Part shown: positions 16,532-23,617 of the stretch, piece by piece
Layout: each line of letters begins with the position of its first letter
Position numbering within the stretch: the first letter of the stretch is position 1
Origin: a virus
Taxonomy: Duplodnaviria; Caudoviricetes
DNA: 24,419 bases
Strand: one strand, 5' to 3'
IMG/VR virus record: IMGVR_UViG_3300033067_001315
Location: 1-24,419 of that record
Position numbers and translations under genes: made by a program
Notes under the pieces: generated by a model
The model's database searches: none
What the model saw: the letters and a program-made list of their open reading frames with translations, nothing else
What the model was told of the DNA's origin: nothing

Positions 16532-16905
16532 TTTGACACCCCTTTCAGGCTCTCAAGCCGCCCAAGGTGCTTACCCAGGTTGCCCTTGTGCGCGCCCTTC
16601 TTTTCGATAATCGCGCGAACCCTCGCAACCTCTGAATATTGCCCGGTTGTTTCGTTTTCGCCTAAGTCGTCCAGCAAAACGTTCCTTACCGCGTTCATTG
16701 TCCCGACCTGCTCATGGCGTGGGGAACGGCATTCTAGGTCGTTTTGCACCTGGTAGATTGCGTTTTCCAGTAGCTTCCTGCCCTCGTCGGTAAGCTTGCC
16801 AGTCTTGCCGCCCATGCCCTCGTAGGATGCCTTGATGCGAGACCTGTAACCTGGGCCAATTGGACGCAACGTGTTTTGCGTGCCTCTTGTTGCTATCGTA
16901 TTCAT
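16528..16905 (-). CDS. Hypothetical protein, possible divergent terminase small subunit
   Basis: Start at ATG 16905 right after a promoter; contains GY...EGRKLLEN and LGKHLG. The ORF is solid; the function is speculative. Confidence 0.6.
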   Translation of the reverse strand: MNTIATRGTQNTLRPIGPGYRSRIKASYEGMGGKTGKLTDEGRKLLENAIYQVQNDLECRSPRHEQVGTMNAVRNVLLDDLGENETTGQYSEVARVRAIIEKKGAHKGNLGKHLGRLESLKGVSK

Positions 16906-16911
16906 GTAGAT

Positions 16912-16940
16912 ACCATAGCAATCATATCTCAAGCACGCAA
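16912..16940 (-). promoter_or_regulatory. Putative extended -10 promoter (likely leaderless)
   Basis: TTGCGT-17 nt-TATGGT with TGn extension, 6 nt before ATG 16905; no SD. Confidence 0.55.
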
Positions 16941-17174
16941 CAATATAACGAGACCTCAGCAAAGATATATCCCACATGTAGGTAAGAGAGGGGAGGGGCC
17001 AACACCCACAAGCTAGCTGGACCAGTCAAGTCGGGATGAGGCCGCGCGGGAAACTCCCTCGCTCATGACCGCTCGATACGCCCGCCCGATCGCTAGGCCT
17101 TCTATGCTTGGATCTCTTTGCTTGTATTCTGCACCCTACTTCGATCCTTGCAGACTACACGGATCGACCTTTCA

Positions 17175-17222
17175 GATCGGAAGAGGGGGGAGGGGTCGAG
17201 ATCGTAGAGGGGGGTGGGGGTC
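17175..17222 (+). repeat. Imperfect tandem G-rich repeat
   Basis: GATCGGAAGAGGGGGGAGGGGTC followed by GATCGTAGAGGGGGGTGGGGGTC. Confidence 0.7.
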
Positions 17223-17269
17223 TATGGCACGGGTACCCACTCCCTACCAATGCCTACACCTCCTTACAT

Positions 17270-17448
17270 AAAATCCCGGAGATGATCAAAAAAACCCATC
17301 TCCTGTAAAATTTCCAAAAAAAGTCAGATAGATAAAGGACAAGCAGGGAGATCACGGAGATCACTTCCCTGCTGTCTTAAGAGATTCTTTTCTCTATGTA
17401 CAGCTAAGGGGATTTTTTTTCTGATCCCCTGTCGACCATCAATATACC
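17270..17448. other. AT-rich region with clustered inverted/direct repeats; candidate replication origin
   Basis: Inverted repeats GGAGATG/CATCTCC, AGCAGGGA/TCCCTGCT and AGGGGAT/ATCCCCT; tandem GGAGATCAC x2; A/T tracts; directly downstream of the helicase-like gene. Confidence 0.5.
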
Positions 17449-19125
17449 CTATAATTTAAGGCTAGATTGACCGGAGACATCATTTTCGACCATGTCCGTA
17501 GAGTCTGCCGATATGCGCCTAAATTCCCATAGTGCTGTATTTTTGGTGGTATCGCGGAAAGATTGGAGCCTGAATCCCCCCTCGCAGGCCCGCCCCTTCC
17601 ATCTTCGAAGCACGTAAGGTAGCGACTTTAGGTCAATGCCTCTCCCCCCTTTGATGCCTGCGAGAGACTCTAGGTGGGTGAGGGCTACGTCTCGGACCGT
17701 GTCCGGACCATCCCTAAGCTCCAGGCGCTTGATGATTTCAGGGGCCGCAAGTGGCCCACGTGACTGCATCCAGGCGCAAAGAGCGTCAAGCGCTAACCGG
17801 TCCTCGTCCTGGTCCTCCTCAAGACTCGCACGCCGGTCAAGCGGCGACGGCTGCCCCAGCCACACGAGTAGAGGCGGGACAAAGGAGGCCCAGCCCTCAA
17901 AGCTGCCCCAGTGGTAGTCGCGAGTGCCAGGCTTTCCGGCGACGTGCCAAGCGCGAAGCACGGTCATGATCTGAGCGACCAGCAACATGCGGTGATCGTG
18001 TACGTGGCGCTGTAGATCGGGATATTTGAAATCGCTTCTGTCTTCTGGCCGCTGATCGTCAGGCTGTATTCTGCACATAAGCGTCCGGCGGCTCATGTCG
18101 CTGGCAAGGTGGATATTGTTCCCCGTGGCAAACCAGCACGAGAGATTTTCGATCGTCACCATGTTGCTTCCGCCAAGCACGCGATCGGTCCAGCGTAGAG
18201 ACGTGGTGAGCGCGTCAAGTGCGCCGCCGCCGAACTTGCGGATCACGTTGTCGATTAAGACGATGCGCGAGCCTTGCCTCAGTTGCGACGTAATGAGCTT
18301 TTTGAATTCTTCTTCATCGGTCGGGGGAGGGATCACCGGCGCTTCATTGCCGGTGGCAAGAATGGAGATGAGCTGAACCAGCTTCGTCTTACCCGATCCG
18401 CGCGTGCTGGCATCAATGCCGAACATGGGGACCACACCATCGATCGCGCTGCGGCCCATGACGGTGAATAGCGCCGCGAGCCACGCGGACCGATCGGCGG
18501 GAGTTTGAAAGGGGAAGTCAGAGACCAGGTCTAGGATCGCGTCTAAGGCTCTAAGCGCATCTTCTTTGGTGGGCGAGTCAGGGACTTCGCAGGTCTTATG
18601 ATCGATCGCAAGGTAGAGGTAGCCGGACTCTTTGTCATAGCCTTCAGTTTGGAGGATCGTCCCGTCCTTGCGGATGACGGGGATGGTCGACACGGCGGAG
18701 AGGGGGCGCACCCCTTGCCAACGGTCCTCATTGTGGACGGCATCGGTGATCGTGTCTGGCGGGAGACAGGGTTGAAAATCGCCCTTCTTATTTTTGGCGA
18801 GAAAGACAGCGGACTCAGTGAGTAGAGATCGGGTGATCGATCGGTGGATCGGGTTGATCTTGGGGATAGATACGCGCCCATACTTGCCCCGCTCATCCGA
18901 CGGGACCACACGGACAAGTTGCCCGGCTCGCTTGTACACGCTGCGATGGTTTGCGAGGGCCGCGACGGCGTAGGCTACGTTCGTGTGTAGGTCGGTCGAG
19001 AGTGTTATTTCTGGGCGCAGATCGTCGTTAGGTTGCGCCATCCGGATCGGCGGCTTGCCGCCACCTCCTCCGCCGTTAGATGATTTGCCGTTGCGTGAGT
19101 GGGTGGTCTTCTGGTCTTCGGACAT
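17449..19125 (-). CDS. Replicative helicase-like P-loop ATPase of the type usually fused to phage primases
   Basis: 558 aa; Walker A STRGSGKT, Walker B IVLIDNV, DRVLGGS, FATGNN, DM.RR; C-terminal wHTH-like region; AGGA RBS. Confidence 0.78.
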   Translation of the reverse strand: MSEDQKTTHSRNGKSSNGGGGGGKPPIRMAQPNDDLRPEITLSTDLHTNVAYAVAALANHRSVYKRAGQLVRVVPSDERGKYGRVSIPKINPIHRSITRSLLTESAVFLAKNKKGDFQPCLPPDTITDAVHNEDRWQGVRPLSAVSTIPVIRKDGTILQTEGYDKESGYLYLAIDHKTCEVPDSPTKEDALRALDAILDLVSDFPFQTPADRSAWLAALFTVMGRSAIDGVVPMFGIDASTRGSGKTKLVQLISILATGNEAPVIPPPTDEEEFKKLITSQLRQGSRIVLIDNVIRKFGGGALDALTTSLRWTDRVLGGSNMVTIENLSCWFATGNNIHLASDMSRRTLMCRIQPDDQRPEDRSDFKYPDLQRHVHDHRMLLVAQIMTVLRAWHVAGKPGTRDYHWGSFEGWASFVPPLLVWLGQPSPLDRRASLEEDQDEDRLALDALCAWMQSRGPLAAPEIIKRLELRDGPDTVRDVALTHLESLAGIKGGRGIDLKSLPYVLRRWKGRACEGGFRLQSFRDTTKNTALWEFRRISADSTDMVENDVSGQSSLKL

Positions 19126-19159
19126 GCGGATCCTATTCCGTACGCCAGGCGCACGGAGG

Positions 19160-19223
19160 CAAAAGCAAACGGGGCAAGGGCCGCACGGAAGTTCCCATGC
19201 TTACACGCGAAGGCCCTTGCCCC
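19160..19223 (-). terminator. Leader hairpin with U-rich tail (possible attenuator)
   Basis: Perfect 12-bp inverted repeat GGGGCAAGGGCC/GGCCCTTGCCCC followed on the minus strand by GTTTGCTTTT. Confidence 0.5.
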
Positions 19224-19247
19224 ATTCACAAGGTGGGGAGAACGGCA

Positions 19248-19276
19248 ACCCTAGTCAGTCAAAACGGAGTAGTCAA
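19248..19276 (-). promoter_or_regulatory. Putative sigma70-type promoter for the helicase-like gene
   Basis: TTGACT-17 nt-TAGGGT; contains TTTTGACT twice. Confidence 0.6.
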
Positions 19277-19278
19277 AA

Positions 19279-19701
19279 TCATTTTGGTGGAGCAGCGATA
19301 GGTCGTTGACTCGCAAGCCACAAATCCGCCTCGCCCTTCGCAACATCAAAGCGATCGCGGTAAGGCGTAACGCGGAGGATCTCTTTATAGAGCGCGTCCT
19401 CCGCGTCTCGCAGCTCGCGCAAAAGGTTCGAGACCTCGCGCTCGCGGATCGCAATCGCGCGACTAGAGTCCAGCGAGTCTTGCGCCAACTCCATGCAGTA
19501 TACAAACCATGATGGACCGCCAAGCCTCGCGAGCGGCGCGCGGACGTGCTCGGCGATCCACTCAAGTTGACGCGTGCGCATCATCGCAAGCCGTACCCAT
19601 TCGAGATCGGGATCGTCGCAAGGGCCGAATGATGGAGGCTTGTCCCAAAGGAGAGCAAGCCCAAGTAGCAGGCAATGGAGGCGGTAGAGGTCAGGTGTCA
19701 T
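19279..19701 (-). CDS. Hypothetical helical protein
   Basis: Start at ATG 19701 (ATGA overlap); 140 aa. Confidence 0.68.
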   Translation of the reverse strand: MTPDLYRLHCLLLGLALLWDKPPSFGPCDDPDLEWVRLAMMRTRQLEWIAEHVRAPLARLGGPSWFVYCMELAQDSLDSSRAIAIREREVSNLLRELRDAEDALYKEILRVTPYRDRFDVAKGEADLWLASQRPIAAPPK

Positions 19702-19910
19702 CGCGACAGCGCCGCGCACCCTTCGGGCGCATGAGCGGCGCAGTATAGGTGGATCGAAATCCCGTACTCGATACAGTGGTCGACCTTGTTGCCACGCATT
19801 GAGGTCACCCGTGTTCGGTAGTAGCCATTGAACGTGTTTAGCCCAACCCCGCAAACCTCGCAGACTGGATCATCCGGATCGCCGTCCCCGCCTCGCCTCT
19901 CTTCACACAT
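19698..19910 (-). CDS. Small Cys/His-rich protein
   Basis: ATG 19910 after GAGGTGGAG; CEVC...YCAAH. Confidence 0.62.
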   Translation of the reverse strand: MCEERRGGDGDPDDPVCEVCGVGLNTFNGYYRTRVTSMRGNKVDHCIEYGISIHLYCAAHAPEGCAALSR

Positions 19911-20094
19911 TCTCCACCTCACAAATCACCGGTATCTTTATCGAGTCCAGCGCCTTATTTCTGCACCCACTGTCGGGGCAGATGAACAGCGCCCACGGAG
20001 AGTGGCGGGCGCCCGCGTACGCTTGCGAGTCATCAAGTACGACCGTGCGCTTGCAGTACTCGCATTGGATCTTTGCTGGGGATAGCTTGTCCAT
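19903..20094 (-). CDS. Small zinc-ribbon protein
   Basis: ATG 20094 (TGATG overlap, GGAG upstream); CEYC...CPDSGC. Confidence 0.68.
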   Translation of the reverse strand: MDKLSPAKIQCEYCKRTVVLDDSQAYAGARHSPWALFICPDSGCRNKALDSIKIPVICEVENV

Positions 20095-20369
20095 CAGAAC
20101 CACTCCGGCAGGTTGGGGGTAAAGCTCCACACGAGGCGAGCAAAATGCGAACCGCCAACGGTGGAGAATTTGAACTTACTGCCTTCGGTCTTGCGAGTAA
20201 AAACAACGCGATCCGCGATCTCGCTCCCACTGATTGCGGTGCAGCTATGCCCCCTCGTGATCCGCGCTTCGCGGTAGTCGCGTCGCCATTGCTCATGGGG
20301 GCCAACGCGCGCCGCCCGCTCCTCTAGGATCTGCGTGACCCGCATCGAGCACCAAAGCTCATTCGACAT
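20094..20369 (-). CDS. Hypothetical protein (start uncertain; could extend to 20480)
   Basis: Open frame whose stop overlaps the next start; weak RBS. Confidence 0.55.
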   Translation of the reverse strand: MSNELWCSMRVTQILEERAARVGPHEQWRRDYREARITRGHSCTAISGSEIADRVVFTRKTEGSKFKFSTVGGSHFARLVWSFTPNLPEWF

Positions 20370-20467
20370 TCGGCGCGCTTCACCAGTAAGTTCAGGACTG
20401 GTGGACACTGGAGGGTGTCCGCCCTTTCGGGTCCACGGGTAAAGATCTCCCCCAAACCAATCGCCTT

Positions 20468-20884
20468 TCAGGTACCCCACGGCACACCCCCTAACGCTGC
20501 GATTCCGTCATGAAGGATCTTCAAAGCCTCCTCAGCGCTGTGCGCAACGCCAGTGATGGCGCCCATTGATGCGTATAGATCCAACCACGCGCGCTGCTCT
20601 TCCGTGGCCTTCTTGCCGGGGCGCTTCATTTCGATCGCGACATAGACCCCAACCTTGAACGGCGCGGAGTCCATGTCTGTCAACTCGATACTTACACACC
20701 CAATCAGATCCGCGCTTCCGTCGCCAAGCCCATACCGGACAAGTCGACCCGTCGCATCCTTCAGCGCGCCTGAGTTGTTTCGCGCGATCAGAACATGTGG
20801 CAGTGACGATAGCGCAGACCTCGTCTCCGCCAGCACGTCGCTCTCAAGTACTGGCCGCTCAGGCTTAGGTGTGAGGGGGATCAT
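20468..20884 (-). CDS. VRR-NUC domain nuclease (probable Holliday junction resolvase)
   Basis: ESDV, RNNSG, GL..GSADLIG, AIEMKRPG, T.EQ..WL, GVAHSAEEA motifs. Confidence 0.9.
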   Translation of the reverse strand: MIPLTPKPERPVLESDVLAETRSALSSLPHVLIARNNSGALKDATGRLVRYGLGDGSADLIGCVSIELTDMDSAPFKVGVYVAIEMKRPGKKATEEQRAWLDLYASMGAITGVAHSAEEALKILHDGIAALGGVPWGT

Positions 20885-21039
20885 GTTGGGTCTAGGTCTC
20901 CGATATCGATCCGAAGTTGCTGGAGCTTGCGGCTAAGGCGATCGTTCTCCTCGCGCAACTCTTGGATCGCCCGCTCTGTCTCAGGCATGATCAACCGTCG
21001 GATCTCGCTAAGCACCTGGTCGGCAGTGAGGCCACTCAT
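20881..21039 (-). CDS. Hypothetical 52-aa coiled-coil protein
   Basis: Below the ORF-track cutoff; MSGLTADQVLSEIRRLIMPETERAIQELREENDRLSRKLQQLRIDIGDLDPT; ATGA overlaps at both ends. Confidence 0.7.
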   Translation of the reverse strand: MSGLTADQVLSEIRRLIMPETERAIQELREENDRLSRKLQQLRIDIGDLDPT

Positions 21040-21209
21040 CGTCGCACCGTAAACTTTCCAACCTGTTTGCCCGCCTTCATGACCACGCCGCTTAGCATGT
21101 CGCTCTCCATTTCAATCGTTCCCCCCGATCCACACTCTTGGCGCACCACGCGCGCAAGATCGTCTATTGTGTCCAGTTGCCTTGCCTTGCCTTTGATGAT
21201 CAGAATCAT
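21036..21209 (-). CDS. Hypothetical 57-aa protein
   Basis: Below the ORF-track cutoff; GGAGG RBS; MILIIKGKARQLDTIDDLARVVRQECGSGGTIEMESDMLSGVVMKAGKQVGKFTVRR; ATGA overlaps at both ends. Confidence 0.7.
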   Translation of the reverse strand: MILIIKGKARQLDTIDDLARVVRQECGSGGTIEMESDMLSGVVMKAGKQVGKFTVRR

Positions 21210-21394
21210 TTACCCTCCATCCACGCCATAAACTTAGCCCAACATCCGCCGCACAAATCCCGATACACCGGGCGCCCCTCCGAGATGGCCGCAAACTCAA
21301 CCCACGAGACTGGCGCGCTAGCGATGACGCCGCTCACCCTTGCGACGGCGGCGCATCTGCTACACGTCCAACCCATGCCCCGCGTAAAGCTCAC
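21206..21394 (-). CDS. Small zinc-ribbon protein (CxxC...W...DLCxxC)
   Basis: CSRC and CGGC; GTGA/ATGA overlaps. Confidence 0.72.
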   Translation of the reverse strand: MSFTRGMGWTCSRCAAVARVSGVIASAPVSWVEFAAISEGRPVYRDLCGGCWAKFMAWMEGK

Positions 21395-21627
21395 AGCTTC
21401 CCCCGCGTAACCGTAGCGCCATCGTTACGCAGTCGCGCCGCTCTCCACGCTAGGCAAGGGTCGCAGGCTAGGATCTCCCTAACGCCATGGCGATCTGACA
21501 CGAACGCCCGCAGGCCATCGCTTGCGCACGTGTCGCAGTAGATCAAAGATGAGAACTGGTAGACCTTGTGTTTCTTGATCCGAGGTCCGCGCGGGGATCG
21601 GTCGTATGGTTTTTGTGGGCCGGTCAT
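21391..21627 (-). CDS. Small zinc-binding protein
   Basis: ATG 21627 (ATGA overlap); basic N-terminus; CDTC...CDPC. Confidence 0.68.
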   Translation of the reverse strand: MTGPQKPYDRSPRGPRIKKHKVYQFSSLIYCDTCASDGLRAFVSDRHGVREILACDPCLAWRAARLRNDGATVTRGKL

Positions 21628-21815
21628 TGTTCCGGTCTCGGCCAGCGAATCGCCCACATCTTTCGGGATTGAAAGCCGCGCGCGTCAAGCTCGGTCGCGA
21701 TCTCCTCTACCGACATGCCGCAGTCGACAAGCTCTTTCGCCAGCCCCATGACCACCGAATGAAACGCCTCTCGCTCCGCGTTTTCCAGTTCCCACAGATC
21801 AAAATCAGTAGACAT
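21624..21815 (-). CDS. Hypothetical protein, HTH-like
   Basis: 63 aa; GGGGG RBS; ELVDCGMSVEEIATELDARG. Confidence 0.68.
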   Translation of the reverse strand: MSTDFDLWELENAEREAFHSVVMGLAKELVDCGMSVEEIATELDARGFQSRKMWAIRWPRPEQ

Positions 21816-22005
21816 AGGCCCCCCCGGTCTTTCCAGTTACGCGTAAAACTTTGGCGTAATCAATACCGCAAGCAACAAGGCTGTCGGCCACCACCCGGGG
21901 CGTCGCACCGTTGGCCATTTGCTGCATCACATAGTCTCGAATCACCCAGGACAACAACACCACCTCTTTTTTTTCCTCTTTTTTCGAACGACCTCGACCT
22001 TGCAT
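21805..22005 (-). CDS. Hypothetical protein, HTH-like
   Basis: GGAGG RBS before ATG 22005; QQMANGATPRVVADSLVACG. Confidence 0.65.
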   Translation of the reverse strand: MQGRGRSKKEEKKEVVLLSWVIRDYVMQQMANGATPRVVADSLVACGIDYAKVLRVTGKTGGAYVY

Positions 22006-22276
22006 ATCTGCCTCCATTTAGGTGTTGTATCGACTCAAGCATGAGCCGATGCATCTTTAGAATCACTACCCGCTCGTACCGGTTCGCCTTGGACCACAGG
22101 CCTTGCAACCCAAGTAGCGCGCCAAATGGGTTCTTATAAAGCGCGCGCCTATCCACTTCGGTATGGCACTCCACGCACATTGGCCAAGTCAGATCGCCGC
22201 CGAACCGGTACGGCACCACGTGATCAAGATCTACATTTTTCACCTCCCCACAAACAACGCACTCCCCCTCAGTCAC
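21860..22276 (-). CDS. HNH endonuclease-like protein
   Basis: GTG 22276 overlaps the helicase TGA; CVVC...DHVVP..FGG...CVECH. Confidence 0.72.
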   Translation of the reverse strand: MTEGECVVCGEVKNVDLDHVVPYRFGGDLTWPMCVECHTEVDRRALYKNPFGALLGLQGLWSKANRYERVVILKMHRLMLESIQHLNGGRYARSRSFEKRGKKRGGVVVLGDSRLCDAANGQRCDAPGGGRQPCCLRY

Positions 22277-23604
22277 GATCGCGCCATCCTCTCCGCGCTC
22301 GCCCTCACGTCGCCTGGGGGCCATCCCCCGAAGACCGCTTTATACTTGTAATCTGCACTCTTCATCTTGTGCCCCTTCGCAATGCATCCCCGATACCACG
22401 TGGCCAGCCGGTCCGCCCGCTTGTCTGCGCTGAGGGCGCGCATGCCCGCGAACTTCTCTAGCTCTACCCCTTGCGCCTTTAGGATCTCCGTCTCGCTTGG
22501 AGCGGTGCCGCACTTCGGACACGCCTCGCCTGCTGGTTTTTCGGAGTGGCACAGGCGACAGAACGTCACCCCAGCGGCAACCCCTTTGCGCCGTACCGCT
22601 TCACCCTCCAAAAAAAATTCTCTCTCTTCGTCGGGTGGTCCGTGGATCTCAACCACGCCCGTAAGGTCTATGATCTGCGCGGTTTCGTTATTCCACAACC
22701 TGAGAACGCGCCCCACTATCTGAAGATAGAGAGAGGCCGATCCGATCTTACGCGCAATGATCGCAACCTTCGCGCGGGGACTATCCCATCCCTCAGTCAG
22801 GACGCCAACGTTGACAATGACCGGCACGCCTCCGCCATCAAACGACGCGAGACGCGCCGCCCTTTCATCCGCCGTCAGTCCGCCATGGACCACGCAAACG
22901 CCTATATTTCTAGCGCGAAACTGCTCTGCAAACTCTTCCGCGTTAGCGATGTTGGGGGCGAACACCACAGCGCTGCGCCCAGGCGAAAATCTGCAATAGG
23001 CATCCACTGGCAACATGGCCACGCGCGCCGATCGAATTGCCGCCTTTGGCTTTTGGATCTCAAACGGCGCAAGCCTTCCAAGTCGAATCAGATCGCCCGT
23101 CTGCGCAGCTACAGTGAGCGAGTCAAAGATCCCATCTTTGCCTCCAAGCCCTAGACCATCGGCGCGCTCAGGTGTCGCGGTCAACCCCAGGATCATCGCC
23201 CCTTGTTCGCGGTATGCTGCGGGCACGCGCTTCCATTCTTCGCTGACGTAGTGGTGCGACTCGTCAAGCACGGCCAGCGTCGCAGGCGGGACCACGTCGC
23301 GAGCGCAAGCGGTCTGCACCATTCCGATCTGCACGCGCGCACTCTTTCCGCTACCGCGTAGGCCTACCTCAATTCCCAGATCGCGGAACGTCGCGGCCGC
23401 CTGATCTACTAGCTCAGTGCGATGCGCGAACCACGCGATCGATCGCGCCTCACCTCGCGAGAGATGACCGGCGCAAATGCTCGCGCCCATCACGGTTTTT
23501 CCGGCGCCTGTCGGAGCAACGAGTAATGGATATTTACTGCCGAGCCTACACGCTTCGCGCACGCGCGCGATCGCCTCTTGTTGAAACGGTATAACGTCAA
23601 ACAT
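22273..23604 (-). CDS. SF2 DEAD/DEAH-box helicase with C-terminal zinc ribbon
   Basis: APTGAGKT, AHR.EL, DESHH, GLTATP.R.DG, LTEGWD.P, QIVGRVLR motifs; CRLC...CPKC. Start is ATG 23604 or GTG 23610. Confidence 0.93.
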   Translation of the reverse strand: MFDVIPFQQEAIARVREACRLGSKYPLLVAPTGAGKTVMGASICAGHLSRGEARSIAWFAHRTELVDQAAATFRDLGIEVGLRGSGKSARVQIGMVQTACARDVVPPATLAVLDESHHYVSEEWKRVPAAYREQGAMILGLTATPERADGLGLGGKDGIFDSLTVAAQTGDLIRLGRLAPFEIQKPKAAIRSARVAMLPVDAYCRFSPGRSAVVFAPNIANAEEFAEQFRARNIGVCVVHGGLTADERAARLASFDGGGVPVIVNVGVLTEGWDSPRAKVAIIARKIGSASLYLQIVGRVLRLWNNETAQIIDLTGVVEIHGPPDEEREFFLEGEAVRRKGVAAGVTFCRLCHSEKPAGEACPKCGTAPSETEILKAQGVELEKFAGMRALSADKRADRLATWYRGCIAKGHKMKSADYKYKAVFGGWPPGDVRASAERMARS

Positions 23605-23617
23605 CCCCACCCCCCAG

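Noticed and set aside
17065-17308. Two short plus-strand ORFs in the intergenic region
   Set aside because: Low-complexity translations of G-runs, opposite to all other genes, no RBS.
17407-17430. Hairpin after the helicase stop as an intrinsic terminator
   Set aside because: No U-tract after the stem on the minus strand; better explained as part of the repeat cluster.
19215-19238. H-type pseudoknot from CCCCA/UGGGG and CCUUG/CAAGG
   Set aside because: Two connecting loops would be zero length; treated as alternative pairings instead.
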